Of a DNA stretch of 64,000 bases, positions 1-12,977 are shown piece by piece. Numbering within the stretch: position 1 is the first letter of the stretch; each line of letters starts with the position of its first letter. The stretch is from Lama glama (lineage: Eukaryota). The position numbers and the translations under genes are program-made. Under the pieces are notes generated by a model. The model worked only from the letters and a program-made list of their open reading frames with translations. It was not told the origin of the DNA and did not search any database. The DNA is taken from contig CM052828.1 in the NCBI GenBank assembly GCA_028534125.1, positions 1,178,001-1,242,000 on the forward strand. The letters are read 5' to 3'.

Positions 1-1427
1 GTGGAGGGGACTCGCCGATGCATGTGGGGTTAGACGTCCTCTGTCCTCGCCAGCACAGCTGCCACACCGACCATCAGGACCTGGCCGCGCGTCTGCAGGG
101 GCGCGGGGGTGCGGTCCTCCTTAAGAGTTGTCCTCGGTTCATTCTCACGGGTGTCATCCCAGTGAACTGACAGAAAAGACCNNNNNNNNNNNNNNNNNNN
201 NNNNNNNNNNNNNNNNNNNNNNNNNNNNNNNNNNNNNNNNNNNNNNNNNNNNNNNNNNNNNNNNNNNNNNNNNNNNNNNNNNNNNNNNNNNNNNNNNNNN
301 NNNNNNNNNNNNNAGCTTTGGGCTCTGTAAACATTAAATGGCAGCGTCCACTACGAACCTGTGGTAAATGCACGCAGCAAGCGCTGCGTGCATGGGTTTG
401 AGACATTCAAATGGCCCTCACGTCCGAAAGGCGACAGTCGCTTTTGTGCCCGTGTGATTGTAAACTGACGCATTCGTTCACGACACTGAGTACCCACTCT
501 CCAGACGGCTTGTTCCGTAGCTTACCCCAGAGGATTAAAGATCAACTGGGTCTCAAACTTTTATTCTGTGTCTGTAATATTTGCTCTCTCCCAAGTGACT
601 CCCTCCATCATTGTAACTCCATGGCTGGAAAATAGGAAGCGTAAGGGTTGGCATAGCACCGACTTGTTTACGTCTATCGCGGGTATACCAAAGCCAAACC
701 ATAACTATGCTGTTATTCTGTCTGTCTCCGGAATAACAGGACTAACATTGAGCATCACCGATTTAGAATTCTCAGAAAGGAAGAAAGCTTACTTGGCACT
801 GATCTTTTTTTTCAGGGGACAAGAATCAGAGTCAGAGTAACAGGATAATTCATGTAAACTTTTAATTTGTGCACTTGGCTCTCAAATGTGAAATTGGACA
901 AGTACCTTAGGGGTCATCGTGACATCTTTTACGGGAAACTGCGTCCAGTGTGACCTGTCATAACACAGGGTCACAGACCCCTTCAGGTGAAGCTTGCAAA
1001 TCTCCATCAGTAATGACGATGAGGGAAAGTATGCACTTGTTGACTGTTTTGTTTTTAAAGTAGTCTTCACAAGCGCTCGGTCTTTTTAGAGGGAAGGTTA
1101 CTACACAGAATATCTTTTACAAGGCTTTTATAACGTTTTATGCTGAAGAGCATAAGAATCCATATTCCTTTAGCAGCAATAATTTTGAAACTTGCCCTTG
1201 GGCAAGGGAGACTGTTTCTTACTATATACTAAGGAGAAAAGAGCCAAATTCTTAAAGCAATATTTAAAAAAAAATTTGTAACAAATTCTCATACCGCATA
1301 GAACACTTTCTAGCCGGTTATGTGGGAAATTGAAAGTGACAGTTAAAAATGTGTTGGGATTTATGTAACTAATTTTAAAACTTAATATTCCAACTCTGTT
1401 TTGCTCTGATGCACATTCTTTATGAAA

Positions 1428-1433
1428 AATAAA
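1428..1433 (+). terminator. Possible proximal poly(A) signal
   Basis: AATAAA followed by GT-containing sequence (gtatgtcactggtg). Confidence 0.4.
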
Positions 1434-2116
1434 AGTATGTCACTGGTGAGTTAAAGCTGTTTTGAAGCGGAGGCACATGGCTTACTGTCATGAGCCCCTG
1501 GGGCCCTCCTGGGGTCCAAACTGGAGTGGAAGCAGGGCCCTACTGGTGATGTGCATTAAGGAAGAAGTAGGTCTAACATGTGGAATCGAAAAATACTGTA
1601 GGGGGAGGGGACAGAAGCGACGTGAAGTAGTTGATTGATGATAAAGGTCTGAATGTTCTCTTCATTTATTTTCTTGGGTATTTCTTTTCAACTTTCTGAA
1701 CAGAAAGTGCATTTAATTCCAAGATGTAGTATTCTTATTTATTATTTAACCCTTTGCTGCTGCTAAAATGCACATATTCAGGCTTTAGTTTTTCCAAAAG
1801 GCATTTAATTAATATTTGTGGCTGAAAAACATTCAACATCTCACCATAGGGAAAAATCAAGGTTCTAGGATGTCATAGGTACAATATTTAGCACGGAAGA
1901 CATTGATTTTAGGAGATAGCCAAAAGTAATCGTACAGTAGCATGAGGCGGGAGATAATCAGCCTAAAAGAAAGAAAACAATTTGGGAAGAAGACTAAACT
2001 CTTCATGCATTCCTAGAAAATGCTACTTGCACGTCTACTTTTGGAGTTCTTTTGTTTTGGTAACTTTTTTTTTTCTAAAGCAAAACAAAATGCTATGTGC
2101 TTTGGGCAACTGATAC

Positions 2117-2165
2117 AATAAACTGTAATGGTCTGTAAATAAATAAATGCTGACTTATGCAATTT
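2117..2165 (+). terminator. Polyadenylation signal cluster
   Basis: AATAAA at 2117-2122, 2138-2143 and 2142-2147, interleaved with TGTA (CFIm-type) motifs. Confidence 0.65.
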
Positions 2166-5100
2166 CTGTACAGAAGTGTTCCTGGAGAGTAGACGGCTCA
2201 GGGTCTGGGTGCAGGCGGCGTCCTGCTGGGCCGCAGAGGGCGTCACCCCGGCTCCCGGCTTTGCATCTGGCTCGTGTAAGGGATCCAAAGCCTGTGGCTG
2301 GCTGCCCCGAGTCACTGCGGAACACTGAGGCCAGTTTTCACAAACAGAAGCCCAGCCAGCCAAACCGCTATCTTCCTGGTGCCAAACACTGCACCTCGGG
2401 CACAGACTTAACGGGCATGGACTGGCCCACCCCCCCATCTGTCATGCGAATGTCCCCAGGTGGTGTCGAAGGACCTGCCAGGTCACCAGTGGGGCACCCA
2501 GCCCGGCCAGGTCCCGTTCCATAGATAAGTGGGCGGCTTCAGTGGATGGTTTTCATTCTATTTCATCTCGTTAACACTGCAACCTTGTGTTACTTACGTG
2601 ATAATCTGTAATTGTATGTAAATGCACACAGGATCATGTAATTTGTGTAAATACATAATTACAGACTTTTGAAAACTGGCCTTTTTTACTCGATGTCCAT
2701 TTTGGAGCTGCTTCAGACTCTGTGCCCACGTGAGCCAATGGGATTTTAGGAACACGACCGCCTGGCTCTGCTAGCTGCTGTGTGTGTGTGTCGAGGGGAC
2801 GAGGTGGTCCGGGGAACGGGGTGGGGGATAGACATCCCGCTGTCTCGTCTCTTCTGTAAGCGTCATCTTCCAGGGTAAAGGTTTACGAGCTCGCATCAGG
2901 CAGGACGCAGTGTATGCACGTCAGCTGGGAGAATGGGCAGGAGCATGCTGCGGGAGGTCGGATTCTGTTGGCTGCATCATTTGACCTTGAGATGTGCCAA
3001 ATTTAGATCTACTGTTTGTGGTCACTTGCTCGAAAGAGCCGTGAAGTGGCGGGGGTTGGGGAGAACGCCAGGTGGATTTGAAAGCTGTGTTGGCACCACA
3101 CCGGGGGGGGTGTGTGTGTGTGCGCGTGTGATACACTCGATGTGACACTTGCATGTGTTCCACCTCCTGCTGCCGCGCCAGCGCACACTCGCCAGGCTGG
3201 CGGCCCTCCGGCTCTAAGCTCGGACGGCCGTTGTGCCGGCCACCAGGGAGGCAGGCGCACCATGAGAGAGAGGCCTCTTCGCTGCTCCAGCTGGTGGTAA
3301 AAGGGAACGTTCCGGCTCCGGTGGCTCCTTGTTCTCTAGCTCTCTCCCAGCTTGTGTCTTGGAAAACATTTAAAAACAGCTTTAATGGAAAAAAATTACA
3401 GGCACCCCAGATACTCAATAGCCCTTGGCCAGCCGTGCTTGTAACTGGCTCGTGCCTTTTTCCCCTCTGTCCCCCCCGAAGGTCCTTCCAGTTACGCCTG
3501 TGGTTCTGGTTCTGACTCCCTTGTTATCAGCAGGCTTAGCAGGAACACCTGGCCCTGGGAACCAAGGAGTCAGAAGGCAAGGTTCAACGAGGTCAGCGGG
3601 GGCTGAAGAGCGGGCTCTGTCCTCCTCGGGTAACTGGTGGCGGGCACAGCTGCCCACGATCCTGGCTCAGCGTGGAGAAACATCTTTGTAAGAACACCTG
3701 TGCAGGCTTTTCCCTGACTGTTTTGTGGGATGTCGTAAAGCATTCTGTAAACTCCACCTGGCCGTCACCTCTGGCTTCCGGAGTACCCATGTGTGTGTGG
3801 GGCTGGTCCGCGGCAGCTTGGCTGAGATTTCGGCTTCTGACTAAGAAAAGGGGCTTTTCCTAGTCTGTGAAGGTGTTAGAATTACAACGGCCCTTTCACA
3901 AGGAAGTGATGCTCCAAACACCTCTCCCCTTGGTGGCTGACAGGTCCTCTCCCCTCCCTCCCTCCATCCCTCCTTCCCTCATTCTGTGGGGTGGAGCTTG
4001 AGAGACAGGCATGGTCCTGACGGCACACGGGGAGTTTACCTGACAGGCAGGCGCACTGTGATGGACGCTGGGGTGGGAGGGTGCCGGGCCGTGGGGCGTA
4101 TGGGTGCCGCTGAGGACGTTTGAGAGCCCGAGGTCGCCCGTCTCAAGCGAGATGCAGAGGAGCAGGAGGTACAGCAGAGAGAGCCCGCCGGCCCTGGCTT
4201 TCCAAAGGCGTCAAGAAGGTGCACGGCTCGTGGAGAACGTGGGCTCCTTGGATGGTTGTCTGATGTTTCCTGGGTGCTTGTGAGGGACCTGAGGATGTGG
4301 GAAGCGCTGGTGACGTGGAGATGGCGGGGACCAGACTTCAGTCAGGCCAGCCGGGCTGCCCTGCGTCCCCGGGGCCACGCTCAGGACGCTCCTTTCTGAC
4401 TTCTGGTTGCCGTTCAGAGGAAGGTGACTCTATTTGCTTCTGTTAACTTTACTCACTTTAGTTGTCCCCCTCACATTTACCTCATGTCACAGGCAAAACC
4501 CACAACATAATGGCGATGGAAATACAGGATAATAAAAGAGGTGGAAATACGATCTTTAAAAATCTACTTCTTTCTTTCAATAAATATGTATCAAGCAACT
4601 GCTATAGGACACAGGACACTGCTAAGGACATACCAGAGGAAGAAAAGACAGTATTCTGATTTTGTTACTCAAATGCCAGGCTGGGTTCCATGTCAACTAC
4701 CACACAAACGTGCAGGCCACGATGCCGTGGGACTGGGGTGCCCACGCCGCGAGGCAATTAGGACAGTACTGACAATTTCCCACGAACTTCACCGTCTTCT
4801 ATTTACGTGAATTTAGAAGAACCCAGTCAGACACAGCCCCCTTCGAGGCCATTGCTGCAAGTGGGGCAGCGCTGTAGGAGTGTCCTCACATTGGATGATA
4901 CAGATTTTCTCAGTAGATGAGTCCCTCCTTGGCAGTAGATGAGTTTCTTTTGAAATAGCAACCCCATTTTTCCTCCCTTGGAAAAATCCAAAGGAAAAGG
5001 CACTAGAATTCCAAAAATTTGTCAGTTACGTATTTGTGATGTCTTTTAAGGACACCTCCCCTGCCATACAGACGGTGGGCCTGTAACAGCAGCTTTTACA

Positions 5101-6689
5101 CTGCAGGCACGAAGTTACGCATCTTGGTTAGAGGGATGGAACGTCCCGTTCTGTCTTCACAAGAATTAAACCCTGTAGTGAATCAGCTTCTGTTTTTCCT
5201 GCAGCTTGCTTTGGTCTCCTCCTCTGGTTATGGGCGCCCCAGCTTCCCGCTGTCTTGGGGCCCTTCCCTCCTTGTGCCACGCTGAAGGAGCAGAGGTGCA
5301 TATATGCCTGTTACAGAGTAAGCAGAGCTGATGGAATGTGATGGATGGTCTTTAGAATTTCTCCAGAACAGTTTCATGATGCTAAGTTTGGTTTTGGGAA
5401 TGCGGGTTAATTGAATTAGAGTGGCACTCCAGGCGGGGCATATTGACGAGAAAGGAAACTCTCACCACGCCTGCCCCTGGAGGTCCACAACCTCAGGGCA
5501 GAAATTTCCCTCATGCTGCCGTTCACCCAGTGTCATGCCATCAAGAGACCGATTTGAGTTATGAATGATACTTTGGGAGGTGGGTGCAAAATTTGAAATC
5601 AGATTCTTTCTTCCCATGATCACTTCCATGAAGCAATTTTAAATTTTGAATTTTGTGGTGACTCTACTGTCTGTGCTCTTTCTTCCTCCTGGCATATTTC
5701 CTTGTCAAGGAGGCTGGATCCCACTCTTATCCCAGTGCATTCATTTGGTTCCAGATGCAAAATGCTTATTTCTTTTAAAATGTAGATTATTAAGTGAAAG
5801 AACTTTATTGTATTAACAATGCTTCCTGCTGAAGTATGTGAATTAACCTGCCTGAAAGTACAGTCTAGTCACATCTAGCCCTGTGCCTCATTCTGCACTC
5901 CACGTGGTCCTGAGCATGTCCCCAAATGCAGCAGTACCTGGAAATGGCCCAACTGCTCTCAGATGAGCTGTTCTATGTCCTAATTAGCTGGTTGCTATAG
6001 ACACGTGGGTCATGTTTATTTTTCAAATAGCAGGAGCTCAAATTATAGGAAAACTAAAAATAAAATAGAAAGAATAAATATTGTAGTTTGGATAAGTAAA
6101 ATTTTTTGTAGTCATGGGTCACATTTAGTGCTTAAAATTTTTTTAAACCTTTAAAACCTGGTCAACTATTGAGTTTTATTCTTAGGTAAATGCATGATTT
6201 TTCAACATGTCTATATAATACCCAGTGGATTATTTAAAACCTGCCCAAAATTTAAGTGAAGGGAACTCTTCATTGAAACTCATTAATTTATTCAGCAAGC
6301 AATTATTGACATGGACCATATTGCAGGGATTAGGAAAGCAGCACAGAACTGGTAAAATCGGTTTCATATACACTATGAATATAAATGACTCACTTAGCGC
6401 GTGCCTACCACTTGTGAGAGCGCCAGGAGTTACCTGCCGTAGCTTTTCTTCTTGTCTCCTTTGTATAAAACACCACTTCTTTCTGGAGAAGAGGACTGGG
6501 ATGTGGTTTAATGCAGAATATTATCTCTTTAAAGCAGATACTTTATAATATACTGGACTTACGCCATTGCGAAATCTTCTTTTCACTCCCATTCAACTGG
6601 ACACTTAAAATTGTTCTCAAAGGTATTCCTTCTTGCTTTGACTTTGAGTTGAAAAATGTCTTGGAAAAACAAAACATGCATAAAGTCAA

Positions 6690-6970
6690 TATGATGTAAT
6701 TTAGCAGTCTTTTGGGTCATGTTTTATAATGATTATTCTATATTTGTAGAACAGTAGTTAAGTTTCCAAATTCCTGGGTGACTGTTTTTATCTTGGAAGC
6801 ATGTGATGGCTTGTCATGAAGTGGTCTTTTTTGGGAACCACACCCAATGGTTCTGAGCACACTCAAGGAACTGTATTAAGGAGCATGTGAGAAATATGTG
6901 AACAATCTATAAATGCATTTGACTAATGACTGCTCTCTAGAAAGGGTCTATACTGTGATTAGTACATGAG
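6690..6970 (+). repeat. Copy 1 of a diverged local duplication
   Basis: Aligns by eye with 12978-13270; the core 6833-6882 matches 13120-13169 at 46/50 positions. Confidence 0.85.
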
Positions 6971-9900
6971 GACAGGAAAGTTACCTGAGGACAGGGAAAG
7001 GACCACCCTGAAGGATGGGAGGTAACGGTACTGGAGCTTACACAGGGTGAGGAGCAGTGCCTCTTCCTTCCAGCCAGAGTAGTGAACCTCCAGATTCACA
7101 GGGCGTTGTGTGGCGTGCACAGAAGGGCCTCAGCTGTGCAGAACAGTTAACCTTAGGCTAAACACTGTTCTAGTTCTACCTAACACATTTGAAAAGAAAC
7201 GCCAGAAAGGATCAAACTATTTTCAAGTCAACTTCATCCCAGAACAAATCTCAATAAAGTTTATGGGAATAAAAAGTATCCATCACCCACCCAGCAAGAT
7301 AAAACACACAATGTCTGGCATCGAATCAGAAATCATCAGACATGCAAAAAGGCAGGAACACAAAACCCAAAATGAGGATAAACATCATTCAAGTCAGTCT
7401 GACTCAGAACTGACCAAGATGTTAGTGTGAGCAGAAAATTACATTGAAACAGTTATTACATGTCATATTTTTTTAAAAAGTTTGAAATATGGAAGATACT
7501 GGGAAAAAATTCATATTTGACTTCTAGAGTTGAAAAATACAATGTGTGAAATGAAAAATACATTGGATAAGATTAATGGTAGTGTTGACACTGCAAAACA
7601 AATGGTGCCTGCATTTGAAATTATAGCAACAGAAACTATCTAAAGTGGAAGAAACAGAGAAAAGAGAATTAAGGAAAACTGAACAGAGCATCAGTGATCT
7701 GTGGGAAAACTCCAAGTAGCTTAATGTACATATAACTGGAGTCCCCAGAAGGGAAGAGAGAGAGGCGTCAAAAAAAATTTAAATAAATAATGGCCAGAAA
7801 GTTTCTAAAATTTGATAAAAACTATAAACACACAGACCCAAGATGCTCAGTGAACGTAAAACATAAGAAACATGAGGGGAAAAAAAACCTATGGCAAGGC
7901 ATATCATAATCAAATTGCTGACAACCAGTGATACGAGAGAATTTTTAAAGCATCCAGTTTGAAAAAAGCCACAGCATATATTTGATACAGAAGAACAAAG
8001 TTAAGAATGACATCAGATTTCTTGTCAGAAAAAATATGAATAAGAATACAGTGAAATAACGTCTTTAAAGTACTGAAAAAACAGATCTGTCAAACTGGAA
8101 TTATATTATAGAAACCAGAAACAATATATTTTAAAAACAAAGGCTAAGTGAAGACTTTTTTGATATACACAAGCTCAAAGACTTCATCATCGGCTGACCC
8201 TTACTATAAGAAATGTTAAAATGATTAATATTGTAAATGTTAAAGCCTTAAAATCTTTTAGGCAGAAGCAAAAAGATGCCACATGGAAACAGGAATCTAT
8301 TCAAAGGAAATGAAGGACACCATAAGTGATAACTGATGAGAAAATACAAGATTTTTTCCTACTTGAGTCACTTTAAAGGGTGATGGACTGATTAAACAAA
8401 AACAATATTACTGTGAGATTTATCACATTTGTAAAAATAAAATGTGTGACAGTAGTACAAACCCAGAGGGAGAGACAGGGAAGTACGTATCGTGAGGTTC
8501 TTATCCTATCCTCGGAGAGGTGTGCATCGCAGTAAGCTGAAGATGTGTGCTGTCAACGCCACAGCAACCACTAAGGTAATAAACAAGAATTGTAGCAAGA
8601 TGATAGATTTAAACTTGTCTATACTGAGTCACATTGAAAGTAAATGGTCTAAACATCACAAGATTGGATTTAAAAAGCAAGATGCAACTACATACTACCT
8701 CCAGAAATGAACTTTAAATATAAAGGTACAAAAAGATTAAAAGTGAAAGGATGGAAAAATACGCACTGTGCTAGCGTTCTACAGAAAAAGCTAGAGTAGC
8801 TAAATTAGTATCAGACAACCTTGATTTCTCAACAACATTTTTGCTAGGGATAAAGAAGGCTGTTCATCAAAGGGGTCATTTCCTCAAAGGGGTCATTTCA
8901 TCAGAAGAACATAAAAATCCAAACTGTTTGTGTACCTAACAAGCAGAGCTTCAGTATATATGAAGCAGAATGTGATAAAACTACAAAGAGAGATAGCCAA
9001 ATTCACAATTACAATTTAAAATTTCANNNNNNNNNNNNNNNNNNNNNNNNNNNNNNNNNNNNNNNNNNNNNNNNNNNNNNNNNNNNNNNNNNNNNNNNNN
9101 NNNNNNNNNNNNNNNNNNNNNNNNNNNNNNNNNNNNNNNNNNNNNNNNNNNNNNNNNNNNNNNNNNNNNNNNNNNNNNNNNNNNNNNNNNNNNNNNNNNN
9201 NNNNNNNNNNNNNNTTAATATAGACACTAATTACAAAATTCGTAATTGAATTTGCAATTAAAAACCTTCCCACAGATAAAAGTCTAGACTCAGAAGCATC
9301 ACTGGTAAATTCTACCAGATGTTTTGGGAAAAAGAAATGTCATTTTATGATAAACCCAGAAAACTGAAGAGAAGGAAATATTAAAAAATTCGCTTTATGA
9401 ATTAAGCGAGAGAAAGACATTACAGGAAGAGAAAGTGACAGATCAATATTCATCATGAACATGGATATAAAAATTCTAAATATAATTTTAGCAAATTGAG
9501 TCCAACTATATTAAAAAAGGACAATATATGATGTTCAAGTGCGATTTGTCCTTGGAATGCAAGATTGACTTGTGAGTTGAAAATTGATCCATGTAATTCG
9601 TCTTATTACCAAACAAAAGAAGAAAAGCACATTATCATCTCAATAAACCTAGAAAGAGCATTTGACAAAATTAAAATAATTCCTGACAAAATCCTCAGAA
9701 AATTAGTAATAGAAAGAAACTTCCTCAATCTGATAAAAACTGTCTACATGAGAACTACATGAACATCATTCTTAAGAAAGATTGAGTGCTTTACCCCAGA
9801 ACTGAGGAATGAGACAGGTTGTCCATGCCTTCCACTTCTACCCAGCGTTGTCCTGGAAATCCGCGGCAGAAAGGAATAAAGGGCATTCCGATCGGAAATT

Positions 9901-12593
9901 AAGAAGAGGAACTGCCTTTTTTTTTTTTGCAGTTGATGTGATCATCTATGCAGAGAATTTGATGATATGTACAGAAAAGCTACTAGAAATAAAAAACAGT
10001 TTAGCAAGATTGCAGGATGCAAGAGCAATTTACAAAAATCAATTGTATTTCTACATATTCTTAATGAGCAATCAGATGTTGAAATAAACATAACATTTAA
10101 ATGGATAAAAATATTTAGGGGTAAATATGACAAAAGATATTCAAGATCAATTCACTGCAAACTACAAAACACAGCCTTAGAGAAATGGAAAATTACACCC
10201 TGTTTATATATTCTTAAGATGTAAATTCCCTGAGTATTGATCTCTTGATCCAAGGTAATCCCAATTAAAAATTTCAGTTTTTTTTTTTTAGAAATGAGCA
10301 AACTGGTTTTAAAATTCATATGGAAATGGAGATTATCTAGAACATCCAGAACGACCCTGACAAGAAACAAAGTCAGAGGACTGACACCATTTGAATTCAA
10401 GACTTAGAAATTAAGTAGCTGACCGTGCAATTGGCATAAAGATAGACAAAAAAATAACTGCAGCAGAATAAAAGTCCCCAAATACAGCCACACATCAGAG
10501 GACACTCAATCTAAAAAGTATGCTCATTACTTTCTAGCTTGTCTTGAAAAGCATATACTGATAAAGAAAATGTCATAGAGCAGCAGAATCAACTGAAAAA
10601 GAGATCTGACATGCTAAATTCATTATTTTTATCTCTATACTTCTGAAAAATAAGACTATTTTTTTAAGAACAGTTTTAGGTTCAGAGATTTCCCACATAC
10701 CCCCTCCCCCCACCGCCAACCACACGTCATCATAATCACCCGAAGTCCATGATTTCCATTACAGCTCCCTCTTGGTGTTGTAAACACTTGTGGAGTTTGG
10801 ACAAATGTGTAATGACACGTATCCATCATATGGTACCACACAGAGTATTTTCACTGCTCTAAAAACTTCTAGCCTCCACCCCTCAAACTTTTAGCAACCA
10901 CTGATCTTTTTACTGTCTCCATGGTTTTGCTTTTTCCAGAATGTCATGCAGTGGGAATTACACAACACGGAGCACTTTCAGGTTGACTTCTTTCACTCAG
11001 GACTATCATTCAAGATTTTTCCGAGTCTTTTCATGGCTTGATAGGTCATTTCTTCTTAGCACTGAATAATACTCCACTGCCTGGAAATACCACAGTTTAT
11101 CCATTCACCCTCTGAAGGACATTTTGGTTGCTTCCCAGTTTTGGCAACTATGAATACAATGGCTATAAACATCCATGTTAAGGTTTTGGGGTGGACATCA
11201 CTTTTCATCTCTTTTGGGTAAATACCAAGGAGTAAGATTGGTAGATNNNNNNNNNNNNNNNNNNNNNNNNNNNNNNNNNNNNNNNNNNNNNNNNNNNNNN
11301 NNNNNNNNNNNNNNNNNNNNNNNNNNNNNNNNNNNNNNNNNNNNNNNNNNNNNNNNNNNNNNNNNNNNNNNNNNNNNNNNNNNNTTGACAAAGATACAAA
11401 GGGAATTCAGTGGAGGAAGAACAGTCTTTCAACAAATGGTATAAACAACTGGATATCCATATGCAAAAAATTCAGTCCATGCCTTGTACCATATATGGAA
11501 ATTAATGCAAAATGGATTATAGAGCTAAACATCAAAGCCAAAACTATAAATCTTCTAGAATTAAACACGGGAGAAAATATTTGTGAACTTGGGCAGAGAT
11601 TTCTCAGAACACAGAAAGAGCACAATCTCTTTCAAAAAGGCATCATTAAGAGGATGAAAAGAAAAGCCACAGACTGACAGAAGAGATTTACAAATTACAT
11701 CCAGACTTATTTGTCCAGGGACCTATATCCAGAATGTATAAAGAACTCTCAAAAGTCAAGAAAACAGGCAAAATATTTGAACAGACAGTTCACCAAGGAA
11801 TATGCAAATTGTAAGTAAGTACCTAAAAAGGTATTCAACATCATTGCTCATTAGGGAGATGGAAAATAAACCACAATGAGATGCCTTTACACACGTATTA
11901 AAAGGCTAAAATTGTGAAAATGGAACATTCTAAGTGTTGCTGAGGATTTGGAGGAACTGGAACACTCATATGTAGGTGGTAGGGATGTCAACTTGTAAAA
12001 CCTCTTTGGAAAACATTTTATCGGTTTCTTAAAAAGTTAAACATGTATCAACTATATGGTCAAGCCATTCGCCTCCTATGGATGGACCCAATAGAAATAT
12101 AAGCATGTGTTCATACAAAGACAGATGCAGCTTTTAAAATAATAGCCAAACACTGAGAAAAACCCAAGTGTAGGCTCCAGGTGACTGAACCTTAGTTCAC
12201 TTCATCCTGGTACATCTCACAATGGAATACTGCTTAACCATGAGAATGAGTGAGTTACTCAAACATGCTGCCGCCTGGATGAGCCTCAAAATAATTGTGC
12301 TGAGCGGAAGAAGCTGGACAAGAAAGAGCACATACTTTACATTTTCATTTGAATAAGATTCTAGAAAATGAAGTCTGATGCAGAGTTACAGGGAGTGGAT
12401 CAGTGGTTTCCTGGAGACCACAGGGCGGGCAGGGATGAGAGGAGGGGCTGCCACGGGGGTTAGGAGGCGCAGGGGTGATGGATTTGTTCATGATCTTGAC
12501 TTACCTGGTGTATAAATGTGTCACACTTATCACAGTGTACGCTTCTGTGCAGTTAACTGTATGCCAATTATACCACTGTGACAACATTTTTAA
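6971..12593 (+). mobile_element. Ancient, degenerate near-full-length LINE-1 (L1M4/L1MD/L1ME-like), interrupted at ~10511-11384
   Basis: A-rich + strand with ORF2 remnants: IGFKKQDATTYYLQK (endonuclease), KHIIISINLERAFDKI, FAVDVIIYAEN (FADD motif decayed), FSKIAGCKSNLQKS, INAKWIIELNIKAKTINLLE. Many stops and frameshifts; N gap at 9027-9214. Confidence 0.92.
10655..11246 (-). mobile_element. L1MC-like 3' end nested antisense in the older L1
   Basis: Minus-strand ORF2 C-terminus LLGIYPKEMKSDVHPKTLTWMFIA...KQPKCPSEGEWIN followed by an L1MC-type 3' UTR; runs into the gap at 11247-11384. Confidence 0.85.
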
Positions 12594-12977
12594 GTACTAT
12601 GTACAAAATTTTTGACCTGTTTTTATAAAGAGCTGTCAGATAGATGAAATGGGATGGTGGCGACTGTGTGATCCCTGGTGCGTCGGTCACCCCCTTTGCT
12701 TTCACCCGCAGACAGGCATCTCTCCATCCGGGAAGAGGTCTCCACATTCACTAACTGGCAGAAAGAGGAGAACTCAGAGGTAGGGAAACAGTATTAAGAT
12801 ATTTGTCCCCGATCACCATTTTCTAAAACTCAGCTCTCTAGAGTCCTCCAATCAATTCTAAACTAAACCTCCAAGCGGGGAGAGCACAGGTTTGCAGGCG
12901 CGAGGGGCTTGACTTACGACATGCAGTGGGGGAGATGCGGCAGTGAAACGAAAGAACGGCCACAAGACGGTCCTGAC

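Larger units (their letters stand above)
1..2680 (+). other. Probable distal 3' UTR of an unidentified upstream gene
   Basis: Repeat-free, largely AT-rich sequence with AATAAA at 1428, 2117, 2138 and 2142, an AU-rich nonamer at 1735, TGTA(A)ATA motifs, and no credible ORF. Confidence 0.7.

Noticed and set aside
8867-8899. 16-bp tandem duplication tcaaaggggtcatttc
   Set aside because: Ordinary slippage duplication inside a dead L1.
6971-12593. Potentially active L1 / reverse transcriptase gene
   Set aside because: Numerous stops and frameshifts; the catalytic FADD motif has decayed to FAVD.
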